DNA of 58,642 nt. It comes from Candidatus Magasanikiibacteriota bacterium. Lineage in GTDB: Bacteria > Patescibacteriota > Patescibacteriia > Magasanikbacterales > UBA922. Each line of letters begins with the position of its first letter. Positions within the stretch are counted from its first letter, which is position 1. The stretch is taken from positions 1 to 58,642 of the forward strand of contig JAAZJX010000069.1 of the NCBI GenBank assembly GCA_012800155.1, read 5' to 3'. Below the pieces are notes generated by a model that did no database searches, was not told the origin of the DNA, and saw only the letters and a list, made by a program, of their open reading frames with translations. This document shows positions 9,372 to 17,452 of the stretch, one piece after another. Made by a program: the position numbers and the translations under genes.

Positions 9372-10766
9372 ATGCCGAGAAAAAAAGTTCAAAAGAGTGT
9401 TAAAAAAACTCAAAAGAACAAGACAACTAAAACTGTAACTAAAAAATCAGTTACAAAGAAAAAAAAGACAACCCAAAAGGTTGTTTCCAAAGCTCAAAAA
9501 GCTATCAAAAAACCAGTCCGCAAACCATCAAAACGGACTACAAAAACTATTAAGAAAGTTACCAAAAAGAAAACAGTTTCAAAACCAAATAAGAAATTAG
9601 TTTCTCCAAAAAATAAAAAAAATAAGACTTTAACTAAGTCTGGTTTTGTAATTGATCAAGAAATAGTAAATCCACCAGATGAATTAGCCATTAAAAATTT
9701 AGTAGATAAAGGTAGAAGTAGAGGATTTTTAACAGAAGTAGAAGTTTTAAATCTTTTTCCTCGTTTGGAATGTTATTTGGAATATTATGAATTTGCTTTG
9801 GATTTAATGGATAAAAATAGAATTTCTGTAGTGGAAATGCGAGAAGGTTTTTTAGGTAAGAAAAATGATAATGCAGAATTGTTACAAGAATTTCAAGGTG
9901 AACAACCTGATGTAGAAGGAGAATTTGATTTAGGCGCTATTTCTCAAGATTCTATTCAAATGTATTTACGCGAGATTGGTAAGATTCCACTTTTAACTGC
10001 TGATCAAGAAGTTTCTTTGGCTAAAAGAAAAGAAAAAGGGGATAGAGAAGCTGAAAAAAAATTGATTCAAGCTAACTTGCGTTTAGTTGTATCTATTGCC
10101 AAAAAGTTTGTAGGAAAACAACTTTCGCTTTTGGATTTAATTCAAGAAGGAAATATTGGTTTATTTCGAGCTGTTAAAAAATTTGATCATCGAAAAGGTT
10201 ATAAATTTTCTACTTATGCAACTTGGTGGATTCGTCAAGCTATTACTCGTGCTTTAGCTGATCAATCTAGAACAATTCGTATTCCAGTTCATATGGTAGA
10301 AACTATCAATCGTTTTCAACAAATTTCTCGTCGTTTATTACAAGATTTAGGTCGTGATGCGACTCCAGAAGAATTAGCTGCAGAAATGGGAGAAGATTTA
10401 GATAAAATTAAACATATTATTAAAATTTCTCAAGAAACAATTTCTTTGGAAACTTCGGTTGGTGATGATGACGATGACGATTCTTCTTTATCAGATTTTA
10501 TTGAAGATGTAAAAACTGTTAGTCCTTCGCAATCAGCTGGTAGAGAATTATTGCGTGATTATATCAAAGAAGCAATGAAAGATTTATCTCCTCGAGAACA
10601 AAAGATTTTAGAAATGCGTTTTGGATTAGTGGATGGAGTAACGCATACTTTGGAAGAAGTTGGTAAGGAATTTGATGTAACACGCGAGCGTATTCGTCAG
10701 ATTGAAGCAAAAGCTTTAGATAAGATTCAAACTTTTGATATTTCTAGTAAATTGCGTGATTATTAA
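9372..10766 (+). CDS. rpoD: Primary sigma factor RpoD with Lys/Thr-rich N-terminal extension
   Basis: [49 protein letters not shown]. Confidence 0.97.
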   Translation: MPRKKVQKSVKKTQKNKTTKTVTKKSVTKKKKTTQKVVSKAQKAIKKPVRKPSKRTTKTIKKVTKKKTVSKPNKKLVSPKNKKNKTLTKSGFVIDQEIVNPPDELAIKNLVDKGRSRGFLTEVEVLNLFPRLECYLEYYEFALDLMDKNRISVVEMREGFLGKKNDNAELLQEFQGEQPDVEGEFDLGAISQDSIQMYLREIGKIPLLTADQEVSLAKRKEKGDREAEKKLIQANLRLVVSIAKKFVGKQLSLLDLIQEGNIGLFRAVKKFDHRKGYKFSTYATWWIRQAITRALADQSRTIRIPVHMVETINRFQQISRRLLQDLGRDATPEELAAEMGEDLDKIKHIIKISQETISLETSVGDDDDDDSSLSDFIEDVKTVSPSQSAGRELLRDYIKEAMKDLSPREQKILEMRFGLVDGVTHTLEEVGKEFDVTRERIRQIEAKALDKIQTFDISSKLRDY

Positions 10767-10792
10767 ATACTAATTTATAAATTTAATATATA

Positions 10793-10817
10793 AAAACCCC
10801 AGTTAAACTGGGGTTTT
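10793..10817. terminator. Bidirectional terminator between convergent rpoD and sod
   Basis: aaaaccccagtt-a-aactggggtttt. Confidence 0.8.
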
Positions 10818-10887
10818 AATTTTTTATTTAAAACTCTTTATAAATAGAAAATAAAAAATAAATTAGTATTTAGTTAATAATTTTATT

Positions 10888-11469
10888 TTAAATTAATTTT
10901 ATTAAATTCCACCAAGCATTAATATAATCAATGCGTTTATTTTTATATTTCAGATAATAAGCATGTTCCCAAACATCAAGAGCTAAGATAGGTTTATGTC
11001 CCAGAGTTAGTGGAGAGTCTTGATTAGGTAATTGATAAATATCCAATTTTCCATCAGATTTTTCTACTAACCAAACCCAACCAGATCCAAATAAAGTAGT
11101 GGCAAGTTGAGTGAATTGTTCTTTGAATTTTTTAATTGAACCAAAATCACGATTTATTTTTTTTATTAAATTTTTATCTTTAGTATTATTAGGATTTAGA
11201 TTGGACCAATAAATATTATGATTTAAATAACCGCCACCCATATTTTTTAATTTTGTTCGGTCTATATTATTTATATTTAATTTTTCTAAATCAGTAAGTA
11301 TTTTTTCAGCTGTCAGATTTTTTAATTCAGGATATTTATCTACTAAAATTTGAAAGTTATCCATATATCCTTGATGATGTTTGGTATAATGTGTTTCTAC
11401 TGTTTGAGCATCTATGTTTGGTTCTAGAGCATCAAAGGTAAAATTAAGTTTTGGAAGTGTAAATTTCAT
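10888..11469 (-). CDS. sodA: Superoxide dismutase, Mn/Fe family (Mn-type signatures)
   Basis: HYTKHH, GGGYLNH, FGSGWVWL, PNQD, DVWEHAYY. Confidence 0.93.
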   Translation of the reverse strand: MKFTLPKLNFTFDALEPNIDAQTVETHYTKHHQGYMDNFQILVDKYPELKNLTAEKILTDLEKLNINNIDRTKLKNMGGGYLNHNIYWSNLNPNNTKDKNLIKKINRDFGSIKKFKEQFTQLATTLFGSGWVWLVEKSDGKLDIYQLPNQDSPLTLGHKPILALDVWEHAYYLKYKNKRIDYINAWWNLIKLI

Positions 11470-11505
11470 AAATTTAATTTAATAATTAGTTCTTCTCATA
11501 CTATT

Positions 11506-11582
11506 ATAGTATAATATAATTAGTTTTTTGTCAACTGTTATTAATTATTTAGATTGACCAAAAAAAATAATTGTATTATAAT
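11506..11582. promoter_or_regulatory. Divergent sigma70 promoters for sod (-) and the thioredoxin fusion (+)
   Basis: + strand TTGACC(11554)-17-TATAAT(11577); - strand TTGACA(11534)-17-TACTAT. Confidence 0.6.
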
Positions 11583-11617
11583 TGTCTTGATAATTTTTTG
11601 TATTATATAAATATTTT

Positions 11618-12814
11618 ATGAAAAGATTTTTTATTTTTTTATTATTAATTTCTTTTTGCTTAAGTATTTTTTCTTTTGTTTCTCCAGTTCAAGCAGAAGA
11701 AATTGCGACGACAAATGAAAATAAAGTAGAATATGTTTTTTTTTATTCAGAAACTTGTCCACATTGCAAAGATCAAATTAAGTTTATCAATACTAAGCTA
11801 ATGAAAGAATATGGTGATTTTATTGATTTAAAAATGTATGAAGTAAGTAAAAGTTCTGAAAATCAACAAATTTTTCAACAATATATAAAATTTTATAATG
11901 TACAAACTAGTGGAGTACCAGTAGCTTTTATAGATGGTGAAGTGGTAGTTGGTTTTGCTAATAATAAAACGACTGGTAATAAAATTATGGGTATTGTGGA
12001 GAATAAATTATTAGAACGCGGTTTATTAGAAAAAGAGGAAAAAATAAATAACAATTCTGAATATATAAATATTCCTTTTTTAGGAGAAATAGATTTAGAA
12101 CAATTTTCTTTACCAGTTTTAACAATAATTATTGGTTTATTAGACGGCTTCAATCCTTGTGCAATGTGGGTTTTGCTTTTTTTAATTACTTTACTTTTGG
12201 GGATGGAAGATAAAAAAAGGATGTGGCTTTTGGGTAGTATTTTTATATTTTCTTCAGCCTTAGTATATTTTATTTTTATGGCTGCTTGGCTTCAATTTTT
12301 GATGTTTATGGGGATGGTTGTTGCTATAAGAATTATAATTGGTTTAGTGGCAGTGGGAGTTGGTGGAAAAAGTTTAAAAGATTTTTGGAAAAGTAGAAAA
12401 ACTGAAGGCGTTGTTTGTGAAGTATCTAGTAAAAAAAATACTCAAAAAATTTTTGCTAAAATTAAAGATATTGTTTATAAAAAAAGTTTATGGTGGTCAA
12501 TATTAGGTATTTTATTATTAGGTTTTTCAGTAAATTTAGTAGAATTAGCTTGTTCTGCTGGTTTTCCAGCAATATTTACACAAGTGTTAGCTTTGAATGA
12601 AATGCCAATTTGGAAGAAATATATGTATATGGTTGGTTATATATTCTTTTATATGTTAGATGATTTATTGGTATTTTTTATTGCGATGTCTACTCTTAAA
12701 TCAAAAGTTTTTGGTACTAAATATGCTAAATATACTAATTTAGTTGGTGGTTTGTTAATATTGATTCTTGGATTGTTATTAATTTTTAAACCAGAATGGT
12801 TAATGTTTAGTTAA
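11618..12814 (+). CDS. Exported thioredoxin/glutaredoxin domain fused to a DsbD/CcdA-like transmembrane domain
   Basis: Signal peptide ending VQA; CPHC active site; TM region with DGFNPCA and ELACSAGFP cysteines. Confidence 0.8.
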   Translation: MKRFFIFLLLISFCLSIFSFVSPVQAEEIATTNENKVEYVFFYSETCPHCKDQIKFINTKLMKEYGDFIDLKMYEVSKSSENQQIFQQYIKFYNVQTSGVPVAFIDGEVVVGFANNKTTGNKIMGIVENKLLERGLLEKEEKINNNSEYINIPFLGEIDLEQFSLPVLTIIIGLLDGFNPCAMWVLLFLITLLLGMEDKKRMWLLGSIFIFSSALVYFIFMAAWLQFLMFMGMVVAIRIIIGLVAVGVGGKSLKDFWKSRKTEGVVCEVSSKKNTQKIFAKIKDIVYKKSLWWSILGILLLGFSVNLVELACSAGFPAIFTQVLALNEMPIWKKYMYMVGYIFFYMLDDLLVFFIAMSTLKSKVFGTKYAKYTNLVGGLLILILGLLLIFKPEWLMFS

Positions 12815-12833
12815 TTAAGATTTAATAAACAAG

Positions 12834-12864
12834 TAAAAAGTGTAAAAATTTGTTACACTTTTTA
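12834..12864 (+). terminator. Terminator-like hairpin
   Basis: taaaaagtgtaa-aaatttg-ttacacttttta. Confidence 0.6.
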
Positions 12865-12915
12865 TATTTTAATAAATGTGTTAAAATAATTGCACTTAAA
12901 ATAATTATATAATTT

Positions 12916-13503
12916 ATGTCAAAAGAAGTTGTTTTAGATATTGAAACTATTGGAGATCTTAGAGATCAGGCTAATATGAAAATTACAGTGGTATCTATTT
13001 ATGAATATGAACATGATCAATACCGCTCTTTTGAAGAGCATGAGTTAGGAGATTTATGGCCAATCTTAGAAAAAGCTGAAAGAATAATTGGTTTTAATAG
13101 TGAACATTTTGATTTACCAATTTTGAATAAATATTATGCAGGTGATTTATTAAGTTTTCCTCAATTAGATATTTTAAAAATAATTAAAGAATCTACTGGT
13201 CATCGTTATAAATTAAATGATATTGCTAAAGCAACATTACAGATAGAAAAAAGTGCGGATGGTTTTCAAGCGCAAAAATGGTTTGAAGAAGGAAAATTAG
13301 AAGAAATAAAAAAATATTGTGAACAAGATGTAAAAGTTACCAAAGAGATTTATGAATATGGTAAAAAAAATAAAATGCTTTATTATAATACTTTAGTAGG
13401 AGAATTAGTACCATTTGCTGTTAATTTTGATTTACCAATACAATTACAAAGTATGGATGGTAATCAAACAAATGGAAGTATTAATTTAACTTTACCATTT
13501 TAG
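12916..13503 (+). CDS. RNase H-like (DEDD) 3'-5' exonuclease, YprB-like
   Basis: Exo motifs LDIET, GFNSEHFDLP, YCEQDV. Confidence 0.85.
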   Translation: MSKEVVLDIETIGDLRDQANMKITVVSIYEYEHDQYRSFEEHELGDLWPILEKAERIIGFNSEHFDLPILNKYYAGDLLSFPQLDILKIIKESTGHRYKLNDIAKATLQIEKSADGFQAQKWFEEGKLEEIKKYCEQDVKVTKEIYEYGKKNKMLYYNTLVGELVPFAVNFDLPIQLQSMDGNQTNGSINLTLPF

Positions 13504-13573
13504 TTAAAATAAAAAGTAAAGAATAAGAAATAAGGAATAAACTTTTGTGTTTATTTCTTTTTTCTTAATAAAT

Positions 13574-13601
13574 TTGACAAATCATACTTTTGTAGTATAA
13601 T
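13574..13601 (+). promoter_or_regulatory. Consensus sigma70 promoter of the Rrf2-iscS-iscU operon with an overlapping inverted repeat
   Basis: TTGACA-16-TATAAT; dyad atcATACT-tttgt-AGTATaat at 13581-13601. Confidence 0.7.
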
Positions 13602-13628
13602 TTAATTATCTTATTAAATTAAAATTTT

Positions 13629-14033
13629 ATGTTACAGTTTAATAAAGAATTGGGTTATAGTTTACAATTTATTTTTGCTTTGTCTAATTTAAATAAAAAT
13701 GAGCTTTTGGGTTTACGAAAGTTTTCTGATGAAAAAAATATTTCTTTTTTATTTTTACAGAGAATTGCTAGAAAATTGCGTCAAGGTGGTATTATTCAAT
13801 CTATTAAAGGAGCAACTGGTGGTTATTATTTAAAAAAAAGTTTAACTAAAATTAGTCTTAAAGATTTACTAGAAGTTTTAGATGGAGAATATGCAGTGAT
13901 TGATTGTTTGAAAAGTGATGTTGTTTGTCCAAAAGAAAAAAATTGTACAGCTCATAAAGTTTTTAAAAAAGTAAATAATTCTTTATTAGATTATTTAGGT
14001 AAAATAAAATTATCAGAATTATTAGAAGATTAA
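13629..14033 (+). CDS. Rrf2-family (IscR-like) transcriptional regulator
   Basis: wHTH with SIKGATGGYYL; C-x6-C-x5-C-x2-H putative Fe-S ligands; heads the isc genes. Confidence 0.9.
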   Translation: MLQFNKELGYSLQFIFALSNLNKNELLGLRKFSDEKNISFLFLQRIARKLRQGGIIQSIKGATGGYYLKKSLTKISLKDLLEVLDGEYAVIDCLKSDVVCPKEKNCTAHKVFKKVNNSLLDYLGKIKLSELLED

Positions 14034-14034
14034 T

Positions 14035-15273
14035 ATGTTTTTTAATAAAAAGAAAAAATCTTTTGTATATTTAGATCATGCGGCAACAACTTATATAGAT
14101 GAACGAGTTAAACAAGCAATGGAACCTTTTTGGATAAAAGAATTTACCAATCCTTCATCTTTATATGCTCCGGCTTTAAAAGTGAAAGGATTTTTAAGTG
14201 AGGCTAGAAAAAAAGTGGCTAAAATTTTACAGGCTTTACCTGATAATATTATTTTTACTAGTGGAGGAACTGAATCTAATAATTTAGCAATTTTTGGTAT
14301 TGCTAGAAAATATCAAAATCAAGGAAAACATATTGTAACTAGTAAAATTGAACATCAGGCAGTACTTCGTTGTTGTGAACAATTAGAAAAAGAAGGATTT
14401 ACAGTAACTTATTTAGAACCAGATAGTGAAGGTTTTATTTCTCCTAAAAAAGTTTTATCAGCTATTACTCCAGAAACAATTTTAGTAACAATTATGTATG
14501 CTAATAATGAGATCGGTACTATTGAACCAATTGTTGAAATTGGTAAAGAAATTTTGAAATGGAGAAAAGAAAAAAATACTGTTTTTCCTTATTTTCATAC
14601 AGATGCTTGTCAGGCAGCTGGTGCTTTGGAATTAGCTGTAGAAAAATTACATGTAGATCTTTTGACTTTTAATGGAAGTAAGATTTATGGTCCTAAAGGT
14701 GTGGGAGTTTTATATAAGCGTCGTGGAGTAGAAATTCAACCTTTGTTTTTTGGAGGAGGACAAGAAATGGGTCAAAGAAGTGGTACAGAAAATATTTCTG
14801 GAATTATTGGTTTAACTAAAGCTTTGGAATTAGTTCAAGATAATCGTCTTGCAGAAAATAAAAGATTATTTAATTTAAGAAATTATTTTTGGGAACAAGT
14901 ACAAACAAAAATTAATAAAGTTAAACTTAATGGTCCTAAATTAGAAGATGAATTATTGCGTTTGCCTAATAATTTGAATTTTTCTATTTTGGATGTAGAA
15001 GGAGAAGCTTTGTTATTATATTTGGATAATTATGGTATTTGCTGTTCAACTGGTTCAGCTTGCACATCTGCTTCACTTGAACCATCTCATGTTTTATCTG
15101 CTTGTGGTTTACCGTATGAATATTCTCATGGTAGTTTGCGTTTTAGTTTAGGACATTGTAATACCAAAGCAGATATTGATTATGTAATGGAATATTTACC
15201 TGAAATAGTAGAAAAATTAAGAAAAATTAGTCCAGTTAATTTAGGAGTTGTTCAACATGCTAAATATAAATAA
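14035..15273 (+). CDS. iscS: Class I cysteine desulfurase IscS/NifS
   Basis: YLDHAATT, FTSGGTESNN, HTDACQ, SKIYGPKG, STGSACTS. Confidence 0.95.
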   Translation: MFFNKKKKSFVYLDHAATTYIDERVKQAMEPFWIKEFTNPSSLYAPALKVKGFLSEARKKVAKILQALPDNIIFTSGGTESNNLAIFGIARKYQNQGKHIVTSKIEHQAVLRCCEQLEKEGFTVTYLEPDSEGFISPKKVLSAITPETILVTIMYANNEIGTIEPIVEIGKEILKWRKEKNTVFPYFHTDACQAAGALELAVEKLHVDLLTFNGSKIYGPKGVGVLYKRRGVEIQPLFFGGGQEMGQRSGTENISGIIGLTKALELVQDNRLAENKRLFNLRNYFWEQVQTKINKVKLNGPKLEDELLRLPNNLNFSILDVEGEALLLYLDNYGICCSTGSACTSASLEPSHVLSACGLPYEYSHGSLRFSLGHCNTKADIDYVMEYLPEIVEKLRKISPVNLGVVQHAKYK

Positions 15274-15318
15274 AATATTAAAATTAAAATTTTAAATTAA
15301 CTATTTAAAATTATAGTT

Positions 15319-15972
15319 ATGAAAATAAATAAAAAAATTGATGGAAGAGATGCACAAGGTAATACTTGGTTATATAGTGATATAGTTAAAGATCATTTTT
15401 TTAATCCGCGAAATATTCTTTTTTATGGCGAAGAAGAAATTTATGAAGCAGATGCTAGCGGAAGAGTTGGATCTCCTGCTTGTGGTGATGAAATGGTTGT
15501 TTGGTTAAAAATTGATCCAAAAACAGAAAAAATAAAAGAATGTAAATGGCAAACTTTTGGTTGTGGTTCAGCTATTGCTTCAACTAGCGTTATGAGTGAA
15601 ATAGTAACAGAAAATAATGGATTGACAATTGATCAAGCTTTAAAAATTAAACCTCAAGATATTATGGAAAGATTGGGTGGTTTACCAGCTCAAAAAGTAC
15701 ATTGTTCAGTATTAGGAGATAAGGCTTTGCGAATGGCTATTAATGATTGGTTTCGTAAAACAGGACAACATCAGCGAATTGTTGTTGAAGGAGCCAAAAT
15801 TATTGATGAAAAATTAAGGATTACTGATCGAGATATTGAGGAAGCTGTTTTGGAAGGAGCTAGAAATTTAGAAGATATACAGAAAAAATTAAAAGTAGGT
15901 GTGGCTAGTCCGGAAGCTATTCCTGAAATTGAACAATTAATAAGATTTTATACTGAAAAGTATTATGGTTAA
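15319..15972 (+). CDS. iscU: IscU/NifU-type Fe-S scaffold with a Cys-less BFD-like C-terminal domain
   Basis: HFFNPRN, GSPACGD, TFGCGSAIAS, KVHCSVL. Confidence 0.9.
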   Translation: MKINKKIDGRDAQGNTWLYSDIVKDHFFNPRNILFYGEEEIYEADASGRVGSPACGDEMVVWLKIDPKTEKIKECKWQTFGCGSAIASTSVMSEIVTENNGLTIDQALKIKPQDIMERLGGLPAQKVHCSVLGDKALRMAINDWFRKTGQHQRIVVEGAKIIDEKLRITDRDIEEAVLEGARNLEDIQKKLKVGVASPEAIPEIEQLIRFYTEKYYG

Positions 15973-16023
15973 AAATTTTAAAAATAATTTTAAAAATAAT
16001 ATTTAATTTTTTAAATAAAAAAT

Positions 16024-16212
16024 ATGTCAAAAATTAAAATTGATCAAGAAAAGTGTGTTGGTTGTGGAAGTTGTAGTTATATTTGGGAAGAAAATATAAA
16101 AATGAATGAAGAAAATAAAGCAGAGATAATTGATTCTAGTTTAGAATTAGAAGAAGATAAGATTCAAGATTTAATAGATAGTTGTCCAGTAGGAGTAATT
16201 GAAAAAGAATAA
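16024..16212 (+). CDS. Mono-cluster ferredoxin
   Basis: CVGCGSC...CPV; acidic; 62 aa. Confidence 0.9.
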   Translation: MSKIKIDQEKCVGCGSCSYIWEENIKMNEENKAEIIDSSLELEEDKIQDLIDSCPVGVIEKE

Positions 16213-16243
16213 AAAATCCCGCCAAAATGGCGGGTTTATTTTT
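16213..16243. terminator. Intrinsic terminator after ferredoxin (possibly bidirectional)
   Basis: aaaatcccgcca-aaa-tggcgggtttattttt. Confidence 0.8.
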
Positions 16244-16290
16244 GGGGGTTGTCAACAGAAATGTTGACAAAGAAAAGAATTTGATTGGTC

Positions 16291-16476
16291 TTATAGCAGA
16301 TTGCGGAAAGGATCGGTTGAACGAAGAAAATTTTCAGTAAGAAAATCTACTTCATTAGGTAGGCGGGGACAAATTTTTGGATCCCTTGTTGAATTTTTTT
16401 GGTTACCGTCATTTGGATAAGACGGTATTCCTTTTTTAACTTGGCTCAATGTGAGCTTAGACCAATATCTTCTCAT
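16291..16476 (-). CDS. Putative 61-aa small protein
   Basis: Preceded by an AGGAGG Shine-Dalgarno and a TTGCTT-16-TATACT promoter with extended TG; no recognisable family. Confidence 0.45.
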   Translation of the reverse strand: MRRYWSKLTLSQVKKGIPSYPNDGNQKNSTRDPKICPRLPNEVDFLTENFLRSTDPFRNLL

Positions 16477-16505
16477 GTATTTATCCTCCTGTAAAATACT
16501 TTTTT

Positions 16506-16566
16506 AGTATATCATATTTTGAGAAAAAAGCAAGAAATTGCTTTTTTCTCTTATTTTTGATAAGAT
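16506..16566. promoter_or_regulatory. Symmetric bidirectional promoter built on a 13-bp inverted repeat
   Basis: gagaaaaaagcaa-gaaa-ttgcttttttctc supplies TTGCTT on both strands; + strand TGaTAAGAT at 17 bp, - strand TGaTATACT at 16 bp. Confidence 0.55.
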
Positions 16567-16575
16567 TTATTTATT

Positions 16576-17304
16576 ATGAATGAAAAAGGTAAATTATATA
16601 TAGTAGCTACACCAATTGGCAATCTTGGTGATATTACTTTACGCGCTTTAGAAACTTTAAAAAAAGTAGATTTTATTTTATGTGAAGATACTAGAAATAC
16701 TCAAAAACTTTTGAATTATTTTGAAATAAAAACTAAGACAATTTCTTATCATCAACATAGTGAAATTAAAAAATTATTAGAAATTAAAAAATTATTAGTA
16801 AGTGGTAAAAATTTAGCTTTAGTAACTGATGCTGGTACACCGGGAATTAGTGATCCGGGAAATAAATTGATTGACATGATTTTGGATGAAGTTCAAGTAG
16901 AAAATTCAAAATATTTCGTTAACAAAAAAGATTCATCAATGATTGTTCAGTCTGATAATATAATACCAATTCCAGGTCCTTCGGCAGTTATTACAGCTTT
17001 GAGTATTTCAGGATTTCCCGCAGATAAGTTTTTGTTTCTTGGTTTTCCTCCACACAAAAAAGGACGACAAGCATTTTTTAAAGAAATAGCTGAAAGTAAA
17101 TATACAATAGTTTTTTATGAATCTAGTCATAGAATAAAAAAATGTTTATTAGAATTAGTAAAAGTTTTGAATGAAAAACAACAACTTTGTATTGGCAGAG
17201 AGTTGACTAAGAAATTTGAAACAATTTATCGTGGCACAATTCAAGAAATTTTAAAAATGAATATTAGTGAAAAAGGTGAGTTTGTAGTGGTTGTTAGTAA
17301 GTGA
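16576..17304 (+). CDS. rsmI: 16S rRNA (cytidine1402-2'-O)-methyltransferase
   Basis: LYIVATPIGNLGDIT, CEDTR, DAGTPGISDPG, GRELTKKFE. Confidence 0.96.
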   Translation: MNEKGKLYIVATPIGNLGDITLRALETLKKVDFILCEDTRNTQKLLNYFEIKTKTISYHQHSEIKKLLEIKKLLVSGKNLALVTDAGTPGISDPGNKLIDMILDEVQVENSKYFVNKKDSSMIVQSDNIIPIPGPSAVITALSISGFPADKFLFLGFPPHKKGRQAFFKEIAESKYTIVFYESSHRIKKCLLELVKVLNEKQQLCIGRELTKKFETIYRGTIQEILKMNISEKGEFVVVVSK

Positions 17305-17452
17305 TAATTAGTAACTAATAATTACTAATTTTTAATATGATAAATTTTTTATGATTTGAATACTTGGAAAAAATTATTTGTTTATATGAGAAATTTACAA
17401 AATGATAAATAGTTTCACTAAAAGAGAAATTAAATAGATTTATTAGTTAATT

